A stretch of DNA of 57,407 nt from a bacterium. GTDB lineage: Bacteria; Desulfobacterota_D; UBA1144. Of the stretch, positions 41,389-50,928 are shown piece by piece. The notes under the pieces are model-generated. The model saw nothing but the letters and a program-made list of their open reading frames with translations. It did not search any database and was not told where the DNA came from. How positions within the stretch are numbered: the first letter of the stretch is position 1; each line of letters begins with the position of its first letter. The DNA is taken from contig PAOQ02000006.1 in NCBI GenBank assembly GCA_002708105.2, forward strand, positions 1 through 57,407. Reading direction: 5' to 3'. The position numbers were made by a program, and so were the translations under genes.

Positions 41389-43341
41389 ATGATAAAAATT
41401 TTTATCTTTACATTATCTTTATCTTTTATCCTTTTAAATCCAAATCCCTCATTTGGTAATACTTCCTGCGAGAAATCATCTAATTATTTGATTGCATATG
41501 AGTGCTATAAAAATTTAAAAAAAAATTACTTAGCCCTGGAAAATTTAGAAAACCTTAAAAGAACAACCGCGGAAGAAGTGCACGACTTTATTGAATATAA
41601 AAAAATTCTACTTCTAAAAGAGTATGATGATATTGATAAAAATATTGATAAATTCAAAATCTATTATCCGAACTCACAATTAATAAAAAAGATTGAATTA
41701 ATCAAAGCTGAAAATCTATTTAATCAAAAAAAAGGAAAAGAATTAATTCAAATTTTGAAAAATTTTGAAAAGGAATATAAGCTATCATTGAATGATAAGC
41801 TTAGGATTAAATATCTCAAGGCTCTCAATCTACATAGAGACAAAGAATATAAAAGTGCATTTAAACTTATTAAGAATATAGGCGTAAGAAATACAACATT
41901 TAAGTCAAAAGAAATTACTAGTGCAATTTTAAATTATAAAATTAGACATAATCTTATACTAAGCAAAAAAGAAAAAATAAAGAGGCTTGAGAATTTATAT
42001 AACAATGGTCAATACTCTCTTTTTATGAGTGAATTCGAAGACAAATTGTCACCAAAAATTCTTATAAATAAAGCTCTAATAAAAATTAAATCTAATAAGC
42101 CTAATGAAGGACTAAGAATATTAAGAAAAATTTCTAAAGGTGAATTCACTAGTACGGGTTCTCAGTCTCAAGACCTAGAGGTCATTGCAGAATCTAAATA
42201 TAGGATTATTCTTTTTAATCTTAAGACAGCTGACAATAATTCTTTGCTTGCTTCTGAATTAAAATCTATTCTAACTAACTACCCTAATTATACTAAAACA
42301 AATGAAGCGGGCTATTTATCTGCAAGACTTTTCACATTAGATAAAAATTATAAAGATGCGATTAAGGTATATAATTGGCTGATTAAAACGAAATCTAAAG
42401 GTTATATTGATAAATCATTTTATGGTCTTGGATTCTCTGAATATATGCTGGGTAATTATAAGAATGCGATTGGGTATTTCGCTTCTCTCAAAGAATCAAA
42501 TCAGTCTTATTATAGTCAGCTTGGAAGCTATTGGACCGGAAAATCTTTTATTAAATTGGGGGATGAAAATCTTGCATTTACTGAGTTTAATACCCTTATA
42601 AAGAAAAATAAAATTGGTTTCTATCCTTTTATGGCATCAAAAATTTTAAAGATGAAACCAACAAAAAATTCCGCTTCTACAAAGTTTAAGAACACCAAAT
42701 TACATCAAAGTGATATTAATCTTCTTAGTTTGTCAAAAGAAAATCCAAAATTAAGGAGGGAAATCGAAACCTACATTAGAAATAAAATAAATTTATCTAA
42801 TTACGAATCATACCTAGCCGAACTATATAACGCTGATGAATACAACCTAGGAATTAAAATCTCTTATAGTTATAAAAGTAATAATAAGTTTAAGTTTCCA
42901 AAGGGTTATAAAAATATTGTAGATAAATACTCTGAAAAGTACGGTGTTGATTCAAATCTGGTCTTTGCATTAATAAGAGAAGAAAGCTTATTTGACCCAA
43001 ACGCAAAATCATGGGTTGGCGCAAAAGGGCTTATGCAGCTAATGGATTACACTGCTGACATGTTAGATAAAGAACTAAAAATAAAGTCTTCATTATTCAA
43101 TCCAGAAGATAATATTAATCTTGGAACTTATTATATTATGAAATTAATGAAAAGATTTGATAATAATATTCCAAATGTTCTTGCAGCTTACAATGGTGGA
43201 CCTAAAAATGTGGAGCTTTGGAGACAAAGATTTAACAATCTTGAGGACGATGCATTTATTGAGAGTATCCCCTTTAAAGAAACAAATGGATATGTAAAAA
43301 GAGTATTAAGAAGCTACCATTATTATAAAAGCAACAATTAA
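41389..43341 (+). CDS. Soluble lytic murein transglycosylase (Slt70-like: helical repeat domain + SLT catalytic domain)
   Basis: Signal peptide, long TPR-like helical region, and the C-terminal SLT motif ALIREESLFDPNAKSWVGAKGLMQLM...AYNGGP. Confidence 0.88.
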   Translation: MIKIFIFTLSLSFILLNPNPSFGNTSCEKSSNYLIAYECYKNLKKNYLALENLENLKRTTAEEVHDFIEYKKILLLKEYDDIDKNIDKFKIYYPNSQLIKKIELIKAENLFNQKKGKELIQILKNFEKEYKLSLNDKLRIKYLKALNLHRDKEYKSAFKLIKNIGVRNTTFKSKEITSAILNYKIRHNLILSKKEKIKRLENLYNNGQYSLFMSEFEDKLSPKILINKALIKIKSNKPNEGLRILRKISKGEFTSTGSQSQDLEVIAESKYRIILFNLKTADNNSLLASELKSILTNYPNYTKTNEAGYLSARLFTLDKNYKDAIKVYNWLIKTKSKGYIDKSFYGLGFSEYMLGNYKNAIGYFASLKESNQSYYSQLGSYWTGKSFIKLGDENLAFTEFNTLIKKNKIGFYPFMASKILKMKPTKNSASTKFKNTKLHQSDINLLSLSKENPKLRREIETYIRNKINLSNYESYLAELYNADEYNLGIKISYSYKSNNKFKFPKGYKNIVDKYSEKYGVDSNLVFALIREESLFDPNAKSWVGAKGLMQLMDYTADMLDKELKIKSSLFNPEDNINLGTYYIMKLMKRFDNNIPNVLAAYNGGPKNVELWRQRFNNLEDDAFIESIPFKETNGYVKRVLRSYHYYKSNN

Positions 43342-43949
43342 GAAATTTTGGAAAAATTCTTTAATACTTTTAATCCAAGATCGCCACTTTTCTCAGGGTG
43401 GAATTGAGTTGCATAAATATTTTCAAAACTAATTGCAGAAGAAAAATCCTCCCCATAGTTAGAAAAAGAATCAGTTAAAGCATTATCTATCTTTGATTTA
43501 TATGAGTGGACAAAATAAAACCAACTTTTATTCGGAATATCTTTAAAAAGTGGGAGGTTTGTTTTTTTGTATTCTACTTGATTCCATCCCATATGAGGTA
43601 CTTTAAGATTATTTGTTTTAAACTCAATTTTTTTTATCGAACCTTCTAGCAATGACATACCTATACAGCCAGGACTTTCGTCGCTAGCTTCAAATAAAAC
43701 CTGGAGGCCTAAACAAATACCTAAAAAAGGTTTACCTTTTTTAATCGATTTCTTTAAGGGCTCCAGGATCTTCTTATCATCTAAGTTTTTAATGCAATCA
43801 CCAAAGGATCCAACACCAGGAAAAACTATGGAATCAGCATTATCTATTTCATTACCTGAATTAGTTATTTTATTATCAATGGATAGTAATGTTAAGGCTT
43901 TTGAAATTGACCTTAAATTACCAAAACCGTAATCAATTATTGCTATCAC
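43338..43949 (-). CDS. hisH: Imidazole glycerol phosphate synthase, glutamine amidotransferase subunit
   Basis: IAIIDYGFGNLRS, the nucleophile elbow GICLGLQ and the C-terminal FHPEKS. Confidence 0.94.
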   Translation of the reverse strand: MIAIIDYGFGNLRSISKALTLLSIDNKITNSGNEIDNADSIVFPGVGSFGDCIKNLDDKKILEPLKKSIKKGKPFLGICLGLQVLFEASDESPGCIGMSLLEGSIKKIEFKTNNLKVPHMGWNQVEYKKTNLPLFKDIPNKSWFYFVHSYKSKIDNALTDSFSNYGEDFSSAISFENIYATQFHPEKSGDLGLKVLKNFSKIS

Positions 43950-44536
43950 TAGAGGTTGCCTTTTGTGGACGGCACAGAATCAGACCTCAGATCAATTTGA
44001 GTTGCGAAATCTAAAGATTTTGCCACCGATTTAAAAATTGACTCAATTATATGGTGGTTATTTTCACCATATTTTAATTCAATATGAACATTGGCTTTTA
44101 TATTATTTGCAAAAGATTGAAAAAATTCCTTTGTAAGTTCTACATCAAACTCTCCGACTTTTGATGAAGGCAACTCAACATTAAAAACAAAAAAAGGTCT
44201 ATTTGATAAATCAATTGCCGAAAAGGATAGTGTTTCATCAAAAGGAATATAGCTAGATGCGTATCTTCTAATAGATTTTTTATCACCTAAGGCTTCATCA
44301 AAAGCTTGTCCCAAAGTTATTCCAACATCTTCGACGGTATGATGAAAATCGATTTCTGTGTCTCCAACTGCCTTTATTTTTAAATCAAAATATCCATGCT
44401 TCGATAACTGTTCAAGCATATGATTAAAAAAAGGGATCCCAGTATCAATTGAATAGTTTCCAGTCCCATCAATATTTAAATCTACGGATACCTTTACTTC
44501 ACTTGTTTCTCTTTTAATTTTTGCTATTCGATTCAT
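43949..44536 (-). CDS. hisB: Imidazoleglycerol-phosphate dehydratase
   Basis: GIPFFNHMLEQLSKHG, DFHHTVEDVGI and NNHHIIESIFKS motifs. 195 aa. Confidence 0.94.
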   Translation of the reverse strand: MNRIAKIKRETSEVKVSVDLNIDGTGNYSIDTGIPFFNHMLEQLSKHGYFDLKIKAVGDTEIDFHHTVEDVGITLGQAFDEALGDKKSIRRYASSYIPFDETLSFSAIDLSNRPFFVFNVELPSSKVGEFDVELTKEFFQSFANNIKANVHIELKYGENNHHIIESIFKSVAKSLDFATQIDLRSDSVPSTKGNL

Positions 44537-44578
44537 AAGTTGATGTTAAACGAAAAAATATTATTATTCAATTTACTC

Positions 44579-45553
44579 TTAATAATCATGTTCATCCTCA
44601 ATTTCACCTAAAATCTCCTCAAATATATCCTCCAGTGTTACCAAGCCAATGGCCTCTCTAGCTGTACCGACAATAGCCATATGAGATCTAGCATTCTTCA
44701 TTTCATTTAATAATGTTGAGACAAGAGAATCTTCATGAACAAAGAAGCACTTATCTAAAAAAGAATCTATAGATTTATTTTCATCTTCATCTAAAAAATA
44801 ACATGCATGAATTGTCCCTTTGATTTGTGACTTACTAAAATCATAAACAGGAAATCTTGAAAAGCCGGTTTTCTTAACCAGCCTTCTAACATCTTTAGTA
44901 GTTTTATTAATTGAAATTAAAACAGAATCATCAATTGGTATCATTATATCTTTAACGGTTACTTTATCGAATAAAAGAATTTTATTTAAAATTTTATCCC
45001 GAAATTGCTGTGTTGAACTTTCTAATGCAGATTCAATTTCCAGCTCATGCATTAATTCTTCACGAGTTATTAATTTATTCTTAGTACCAATTATTCGTAC
45101 AATAAAATTTGTTAAAAACTCTATTAGAAACAAGAAGGGCATGAATAAAAGTCTAAAAAATCTTGAAAAGTGTATCGTTTTTAATACAAAAAAATTGCTT
45201 TGTCTTTGAAAAATTGATTTAGGAACAACTTGTCCAAAAATAACAATCAATGGTGTTAAGATCAGAATCGAAAGCAGATGAGGATCATATTCAATATAAT
45301 TCTCTTCTATAAAAGAGGAAAGCAAGACTGTATTGATTACAATGCAAAGGTTTTCCCCAACTAAACTAGTTGCAACATACTCTTCAATTTTATCAATTGA
45401 TTTCATAACAATTTGTGCTGAAGAATTTCCAGAATCTGCTTTTGATTTAATTGTAGCTTTATCACATGAAAGCAATGATATTTCAGATCCAGCAAATAAC
45501 GCTTGTATGCACAATAAAATCAAAGTAATTAAAGGTAGAGTAAATATATTAAT
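44579..45553 (-). CDS. CNNM/CorC-type membrane protein (DUF21 + CBS pair), lacking the C-terminal CorC_HlyC domain
   Basis: DUF21 motif ALFAGSEISLLS, a CBS pair, and an end at ...EEILGEIEDEHDY. The listed TTG start (45523) truncates TM1. The frame is open to 45565, and an ATT at 45553 gives a full-length TM1 (see finding). Confidence 0.75.
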   Translation of the reverse strand: MNIFTLPLITLILLCIQALFAGSEISLLSCDKATIKSKADSGNSSAQIVMKSIDKIEEYVATSLVGENLCIVINTVLLSSFIEENYIEYDPHLLSILILTPLIVIFGQVVPKSIFQRQSNFFVLKTIHFSRFFRLLFMPFLFLIEFLTNFIVRIIGTKNKLITREELMHELEIESALESSTQQFRDKILNKILLFDKVTVKDIMIPIDDSVLISINKTTKDVRRLVKKTGFSRFPVYDFSKSQIKGTIHACYFLDEDENKSIDSFLDKCFFVHEDSLVSTLLNEMKNARSHMAIVGTAREAIGLVTLEDIFEEILGEIEDEHDY

Positions 45554-46856
45554 TTTTAAACCTCTCTACAAGAATCTTGGTAATTCTATTACCTTCAACT
45601 TTTAATACAGTAAGTTTGATAGCCCCATTAACAATATTATCGCCTTCTAGAGGCAATCTTCCTATATTGGTGAAAATAAAACCACCGACCGTTTCTATAT
45701 CTAAGTCCTCAGGAATGTATGAGTCTTGAATCTCTTCTCCTATTCCCCTTAGACCCCCTATTCTTAATGTTGCATAAAGACATGATCCATTGAATTCACT
45801 TATTCTAAGTCCACCGCTAACCTCAAGTGAATTATTTACATAATTAATTAAGTTTGTGTCGGTCTCTTTTTCATATTCAATCTGACCAAAAATTTCCTCT
45901 AGTATATCCTCCAAAGTGACAACACCCTCAAGTCTTCCATATTCATCTAAAACTACCGCGATATGTATTTTTTTTTCTTGAAACTCCTCAAGAAGTTCAA
46001 ACGCATTTTTTTTATCTGGAACAAAATATGGCTCATGGAGTATGAATGAAATATCTTCAGAATCATGGTTTAATAAATCTTTCGAATGCAATATACCTAT
46101 AACATTATCCGTATCACCTTTATAAACTGGAATTCTGGACAGCCTTCTTGATTGAATTTCTTTGAGTGCAGACGTTTTGGTAATATTATGAGGCAAAATT
46201 AATAAATCAGGTTCTGGTGTAAGAATTTTAATTAAATTAATTTTTTGTAAACTTAATAAATTATCAATTATTTTACTTTCACTTTTCTTTACAGAACCTT
46301 CATCCTCTCCAATATCAATTAAACTTGTAACTTTAGACTCAATATCTTGATTGGTTGCCTTATCAAGTACTAATGGGGAAGTGATGTTGATCAAATATCT
46401 AGAAAGAGTATTAAATATAAAAGTTACAGGGAACATTATTTTATTAACATAATATATTATTGGAGCGATATTAATTGAAAGCTTTCTAGAAAACTTTACT
46501 CCAATGGTTTTTGGAATAATTTCACAGAAAACAATAATTAATATAAAAGTAACTAGAACTGCAATTAAAGATATGATTTCATGAGACAATTCTCCAGAAA
46601 GCGAATTATGTAATTTGGAAGAAATTAAACTGGTTATTCCTACATTAATTATTTCGTCTAGCAATAAAATTGTCCCAATGATAGTAGCGGGATTATTTAT
46701 AAAAGTTTCAAGAAGTTTACCAGAAGAAGATTTCTTTTTAATTAAATTAACTTGGTATCTTTGTAAAGAAAAAATAGAGCTTTCAGATATAGAAAAAAAG
46801 GCTGAGAGAAGCATTAATAAAAAGATTACTAGAAAAAATAATAGTTGATCACTCAT
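45549..46856 (-). CDS. CNNM/CorC-type membrane protein (DUF21 + CBS pair + CorC_HlyC domain)
   Basis: 435 aa. SAFFSISESSIFSL (DUF21), a CBS pair, LEDILEEIFGQIEYE, then a ~85-aa transporter-associated domain. Confidence 0.85.
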   Translation of the reverse strand: MSDQLLFFLVIFLLMLLSAFFSISESSIFSLQRYQVNLIKKKSSSGKLLETFINNPATIIGTILLLDEIINVGITSLISSKLHNSLSGELSHEIISLIAVLVTFILIIVFCEIIPKTIGVKFSRKLSINIAPIIYYVNKIMFPVTFIFNTLSRYLINITSPLVLDKATNQDIESKVTSLIDIGEDEGSVKKSESKIIDNLLSLQKINLIKILTPEPDLLILPHNITKTSALKEIQSRRLSRIPVYKGDTDNVIGILHSKDLLNHDSEDISFILHEPYFVPDKKNAFELLEEFQEKKIHIAVVLDEYGRLEGVVTLEDILEEIFGQIEYEKETDTNLINYVNNSLEVSGGLRISEFNGSCLYATLRIGGLRGIGEEIQDSYIPEDLDIETVGGFIFTNIGRLPLEGDNIVNGAIKLTVLKVEGNRITKILVERFKN

Positions 46857-47831
46857 TTAGAATTTATGCACAAAACCAATTGGTCGTAGTTTTAACGTTT
46901 TCCCTCCTTTATTTATGGAAAATTTTCCAGTCGCATTAACCATGCCTATCTTATAAACTTGAAATTTCCTCTTTTTACAAAGTGCTTCAAATATTTTGGC
47001 TTTGTTTTGTTTTAAAGTAAATAATAATTCATAATCATCACCGCCATACAATACATTATTCATTAGTTTTTTTGAATTAGTCGAATCAAACGTATAATCA
47101 GATTTAGGTATATTCTCCCAAATTATATTAGCACCCTTACGAGATTTTTTTCCTATAAGTCTTACTAGATCCAAAGATAAACCATCAGTAATATCAATCA
47201 TCGATGTTACATAACTTAATTGACCTAGAAATAATCCAAGATCAACCTTTGCCTTAGGAGATTTGTATTTGGCAATCATTCTTTTTTCCTTAGAATTGGG
47301 GCTATTTCTTTTCTTCAAGACTTCTAGACCTAAACTTGCATCACCAATTTTTCCGCTCACATATATTAAATCTCCTACGCTACTCTTTAATCTTTCCTTA
47401 ATATTATTATTTACAACTTCACCAAATATACTAATATCTAAAATTAAAGATTTTGACTGAGAGACATTTCCTCCAATCAATTTAATATCATAAAAATCAC
47501 AAGCTTTTTTAAAGCCCTTGAATAAGTTATCAACAAAAGACTTAGAGGTTTTACGAGGAAGGAAGAGAGAATTTAAAAAAAACTTTGGCTTTGCTCCCAT
47601 TGCAGATAAATCGCTAGCAGAGACAGAAACAGATCTAAATGCAACTTCTTCGGGACTCATAAGTTTTAAATTAAAATGTACATCCTCTACTTGTGAGTCA
47701 CATGAAGCTACAATCTTCTTCGAGTTAACTCTTACTACTGCAGCATCATCTCCGATACCCGCTGGAAAAGAAATTGATTTAGAAGGGAATTTTTTCTTTA
47801 CTAATTCTTCAATATAAAATTCATCAAGCAT
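46857..47831 (-). CDS. thiL: Thiamine-monophosphate kinase
   Basis: AIR-synthase-like fold with the ThiL N-terminal motif GIGDDAAVV and ...LIGGNVS. 324 aa. Confidence 0.88.
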   Translation of the reverse strand: MLDEFYIEELVKKKFPSKSISFPAGIGDDAAVVRVNSKKIVASCDSQVEDVHFNLKLMSPEEVAFRSVSVSASDLSAMGAKPKFFLNSLFLPRKTSKSFVDNLFKGFKKACDFYDIKLIGGNVSQSKSLILDISIFGEVVNNNIKERLKSSVGDLIYVSGKIGDASLGLEVLKKRNSPNSKEKRMIAKYKSPKAKVDLGLFLGQLSYVTSMIDITDGLSLDLVRLIGKKSRKGANIIWENIPKSDYTFDSTNSKKLMNNVLYGGDDYELLFTLKQNKAKIFEALCKKRKFQVYKIGMVNATGKFSINKGGKTLKLRPIGFVHKF

Positions 47832-47888
47832 TTTAGATTTTAAATAACTATAAAAAAGGATAAAACAATTTAAAAGTTATTCAAATTT

Positions 47889-48986
47889 TTAATTAATATA
47901 GATTTCTAAGGTATCAAACAGGTTGTCAATTAGTTCTTTTCTAGAATTAAAACCCATTAAACCAAATCTCCATATTTTACCTTTTGTTGGCCCCAAGCCA
48001 CCTCCAATTTCAAGATTATGGTTTTTTAACAATTTTTCTCTAAACTCTTTGTCGTTAAATCGATCGGGTATTAATACTGACTTCAACATAGGTAAGGATT
48101 TAAATTTATCTTCATTAACAAAACTTTGAAGACCAATTTTTTTCAGTCTGGATAAAAAATACTCACCATTTCTCTTATGGCGTTCAAACCTATTATTTAA
48201 ACCCTCATCTAAGGAAATATTTAATGCTTCATTTAATCCAAAAAGCATATTCACTGGTGCTGTATGATGATACACTCTGTCTTTACCCCAATAATTAATT
48301 AGCATCTCCAAATCAAAATACCATGAGCTAATCAAATTATTTCTTTTTTTAATCTTTGATAATGCTTTGTCACTAAAAGTTATAGGTGCCAATCCTGGCG
48401 GAACACTTAGACATTTTTGTGATCCAGAAAAACAGGAATCAATCCCCCATTCGTCAACCCTAAGATCTATTCCTGACAGAGAAGTTACAGCATCAACAAG
48501 GAATAAGATTTCTGTTTCTTTTAAGAAGTCTCCGATAAGATCTATCTCTTGCAAAACTCCCGTGGAAGTTTCGGCATGTACTGCGCAAACAAGTTTTAAA
48601 TTATCTATAGATTTAATTTTTTCTATTACAAATGATTGATCAAAAGATTCTCCCCATTCAACTGTAATGGTCGATACATCGGCCTTTAGTTTTTGAGCTA
48701 AGCTTTCCATTCTAGAACTAAATTCTCCATTTTTTAAAATTAAAACTTTTTCTCCTGGTTCAATCAGATTAATCATTGACATTTCCATACCAGAACTACC
48801 GGTTCCAGAGGCAGTAAATGTAACCTTATTTTTTGTTTGAAAAATCTTCCTCAAAGAAGATGATATTTGATCTAGTACAATAAAAAAGTCTGGGTCCAAA
48901 TGACTTATGGGCTCTCTTGATAAGGCTGATTTCACTCTTTCATCAATATTTGTAGGGCCAGGTCCTAAGAGTATTTTATTTTGCAT
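47889..48986 (-). CDS. Class V aminotransferase (serine-pyruvate / alanine-glyoxylate aminotransferase family)
   Basis: LLGPGPTNI N-terminus and the PLP-lysine motif SGSQKCLSVPPGL. 365 aa. Confidence 0.85.
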   Translation of the reverse strand: MQNKILLGPGPTNIDERVKSALSREPISHLDPDFFIVLDQISSSLRKIFQTKNKVTFTASGTGSSGMEMSMINLIEPGEKVLILKNGEFSSRMESLAQKLKADVSTITVEWGESFDQSFVIEKIKSIDNLKLVCAVHAETSTGVLQEIDLIGDFLKETEILFLVDAVTSLSGIDLRVDEWGIDSCFSGSQKCLSVPPGLAPITFSDKALSKIKKRNNLISSWYFDLEMLINYWGKDRVYHHTAPVNMLFGLNEALNISLDEGLNNRFERHKRNGEYFLSRLKKIGLQSFVNEDKFKSLPMLKSVLIPDRFNDKEFREKLLKNHNLEIGGGLGPTKGKIWRFGLMGFNSRKELIDNLFDTLEIYIN

Positions 48987-49031
48987 AATTGAATTATAAT
49001 AAATTTTTATAACACTTGGTATAATAATTAT

Positions 49032-49721
49032 ATGAAAACTTTATTTTTAGACTTCGATGAAGACAAAATCATCAATACAATACCAGAAAGACTACCTTTG
49101 TTTCCCTTAGATAATGTAGTTTTTTTTCCTAATACCATTCTACCTCTTCATATATTTGAAGAAAGGTACAAACAGATGATTATCGATTCTTCTAATTCAC
49201 ATAATCTTATTTGCATGACTCTTTTAAATCCTGAACTAGGGGATGATGATCAGCAAACTTTATCAAATACTGGGTGCATTGGTAGAATTATAAATAATGA
49301 AGAAGCTGATGATGGAAAGAAGAATATAATTCTCTATGGGCTTAGAAGAATAGAAATTACTAAACTTTTTTATGATAAGCCATATAGAGAAGCTAAAATT
49401 AAAATTATTGAGACCTCCCCAACCAATAATTCAGAGGCTTTTAAAAAAAGAATAATTGAATTAATTAATAAATGGAACTTGTTGTTGGATGGATATACAG
49501 ATGACTATAAGATTAAAATCGAAAACTCATATACTCTTTCAAAAATTACTGATACCTTGTCTTCCTCTATGGTTTCAAAGGCCTTAGATAGACAAATACT
49601 CCTTGAAGAACTTGATGAAGGCATCAGAGCTGAAAAGATAATTGACGTCCTTGAATCTAGAATAGAAATTTTATCTGGGAAAATCGAAATCCCTGATAGT
49701 GAATCAACTCTTATTAATTAG
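49032..49721 (+). CDS. LON N-terminal (substrate-binding) domain protein
   Basis: LPLFPLDNVVFFPNTILPLHIFEERYKQMI is the Lon N-domain signature. 229 aa, with no ATPase or protease domains. Confidence 0.85.
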   Translation: MKTLFLDFDEDKIINTIPERLPLFPLDNVVFFPNTILPLHIFEERYKQMIIDSSNSHNLICMTLLNPELGDDDQQTLSNTGCIGRIINNEEADDGKKNIILYGLRRIEITKLFYDKPYREAKIKIIETSPTNNSEAFKKRIIELINKWNLLLDGYTDDYKIKIENSYTLSKITDTLSSSMVSKALDRQILLEELDEGIRAEKIIDVLESRIEILSGKIEIPDSESTLIN

Positions 49722-50495
49722 GAAATCTAAAACCTCGGGATCAACCAACTTTTTATTTTCTTTCCAAAAACCATGCCCCCCTGGGAAAGAAATTACTTGC
49801 GATTTACTAATATACTTTGCCATATCACAAGACCTGGCAGGAGGAACAATTAAATCGTTTTTTCCATAAATTATTAATGTTTGAGCCTTTATTTTTTTTA
49901 AATAACTATCATTATCAAGCTTACTTATAGCTTTGCATTGATTTAAATACCCATCAATTTCCTTTTTTGAATTATTAAAATTAGTTTTTTTATATTTAGA
50001 AAAATTTTTATTAATATAGTCTCTTGAATAACCTAGAAGCATTGCATTAAACCAAATTTCTTTCATTCCTATCTTTGAAACAATCTTTTTTGAAACATCA
50101 ATTATCTCTTGATTAACTTTGTCTCTTGAAGAACAAGTGCATGCCAATACTAATTTATCAACTTTTTTGCTATATTTGGCACAAAAAACCTGAGCAATCA
50201 TTCCACCCATTGATTTTCCAACAATATGGGCTTTCTTTATTTTTAATTTATCAAGAATCTCGTTGCAATTGTCGGCATACATTTCCATCGAAAGTGGAGT
50301 GTTTACGTTACTACTTTTTCCAGATCCCAAATTATCAAAAGTTACGATTGAAAAGTAATCACGAAAATATTTAACTTGCTCGTCCCAGCTCGAGATTGTA
50401 CTTCCTAAACCCCCAATAAAAAAAATATAAGGTTTATTCTTCTTATAGTTAAAGGAATAATTAATTTTCCCTAAAGTTGTATCTAAAATATTTAT
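49704..50495 (-). CDS. Alpha/beta-fold hydrolase; 5' end extended beyond the listed TTG to a probable ATA/ATT start
   Basis: Nucleophile elbow HIVGKSMGG and C-terminal GGHGFW. The same frame upstream of 50330 encodes ...KPYIFFIGGLGSTISSWDEQVKYFRDYFSIVTFDNLGSGKS, the canonical N-terminal third of the fold. See finding for start-codon details. Confidence 0.8.
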   Translation of the reverse strand: MNILDTTLGKINYSFNYKKNKPYIFFIGGLGSTISSWDEQVKYFRDYFSIVTFDNLGSGKSSNVNTPLSMEMYADNCNEILDKLKIKKAHIVGKSMGGMIAQVFCAKYSKKVDKLVLACTCSSRDKVNQEIIDVSKKIVSKIGMKEIWFNAMLLGYSRDYINKNFSKYKKTNFNNSKKEIDGYLNQCKAISKLDNDSYLKKIKAQTLIIYGKNDLIVPPARSCDMAKYISKSQVISFPGGHGFWKENKKLVDPEVLDFLINKS

Positions 50496-50899
50496 CCCCG
50501 GCTCCTTATATAGCTATCAATAATCAGACATGCAGCAAGCATATCTTGGAAGTTTTTTCTTTTTCTTCTTGATACATTCATTCTTATTAAAATTTCATCT
50601 GCTTCCTTAGAAGTAAAATTTTCATTCCAGTACTTTACTTCTACTGTTATTAATTTCTTCAATTTTTTTGTAAAAATTTCAATATCATCTTGAATACTTA
50701 ATCTGCCATCGTTTTTAATAGGTAAGCCAACTAAAACTAATTCGGGTTGTCTTTCTTCAATAATTCCAACTATTTCATTAAAATAATTGTCTTTACTATC
50801 ATTAATCACCATCTTCAAAGGATGGCTAGCTATTCCCATTTCGTCACTCCCCGCAATTCCAATCCTTTTTAATCCAAAATCAATAGCTAAGACACCCAT
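50492..50899 (-). CDS. ruvX: YqgF/RuvX-family putative pre-16S rRNA nuclease (Holliday-junction-resolvase-like)
   Basis: N-terminus VLAIDFGLKRIGIAGSD, ...LVLVGLP..., 135 aa. Confidence 0.88.
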   Translation of the reverse strand: MGVLAIDFGLKRIGIAGSDEMGIASHPLKMVINDSKDNYFNEIVGIIEERQPELVLVGLPIKNDGRLSIQDDIEIFTKKLKKLITVEVKYWNENFTSKEADEILIRMNVSRRKRKNFQDMLAACLIIDSYIRSRG

Positions 50900-50928
50900 T
50901 TTATAATCTATAATATAATATATTTAGT

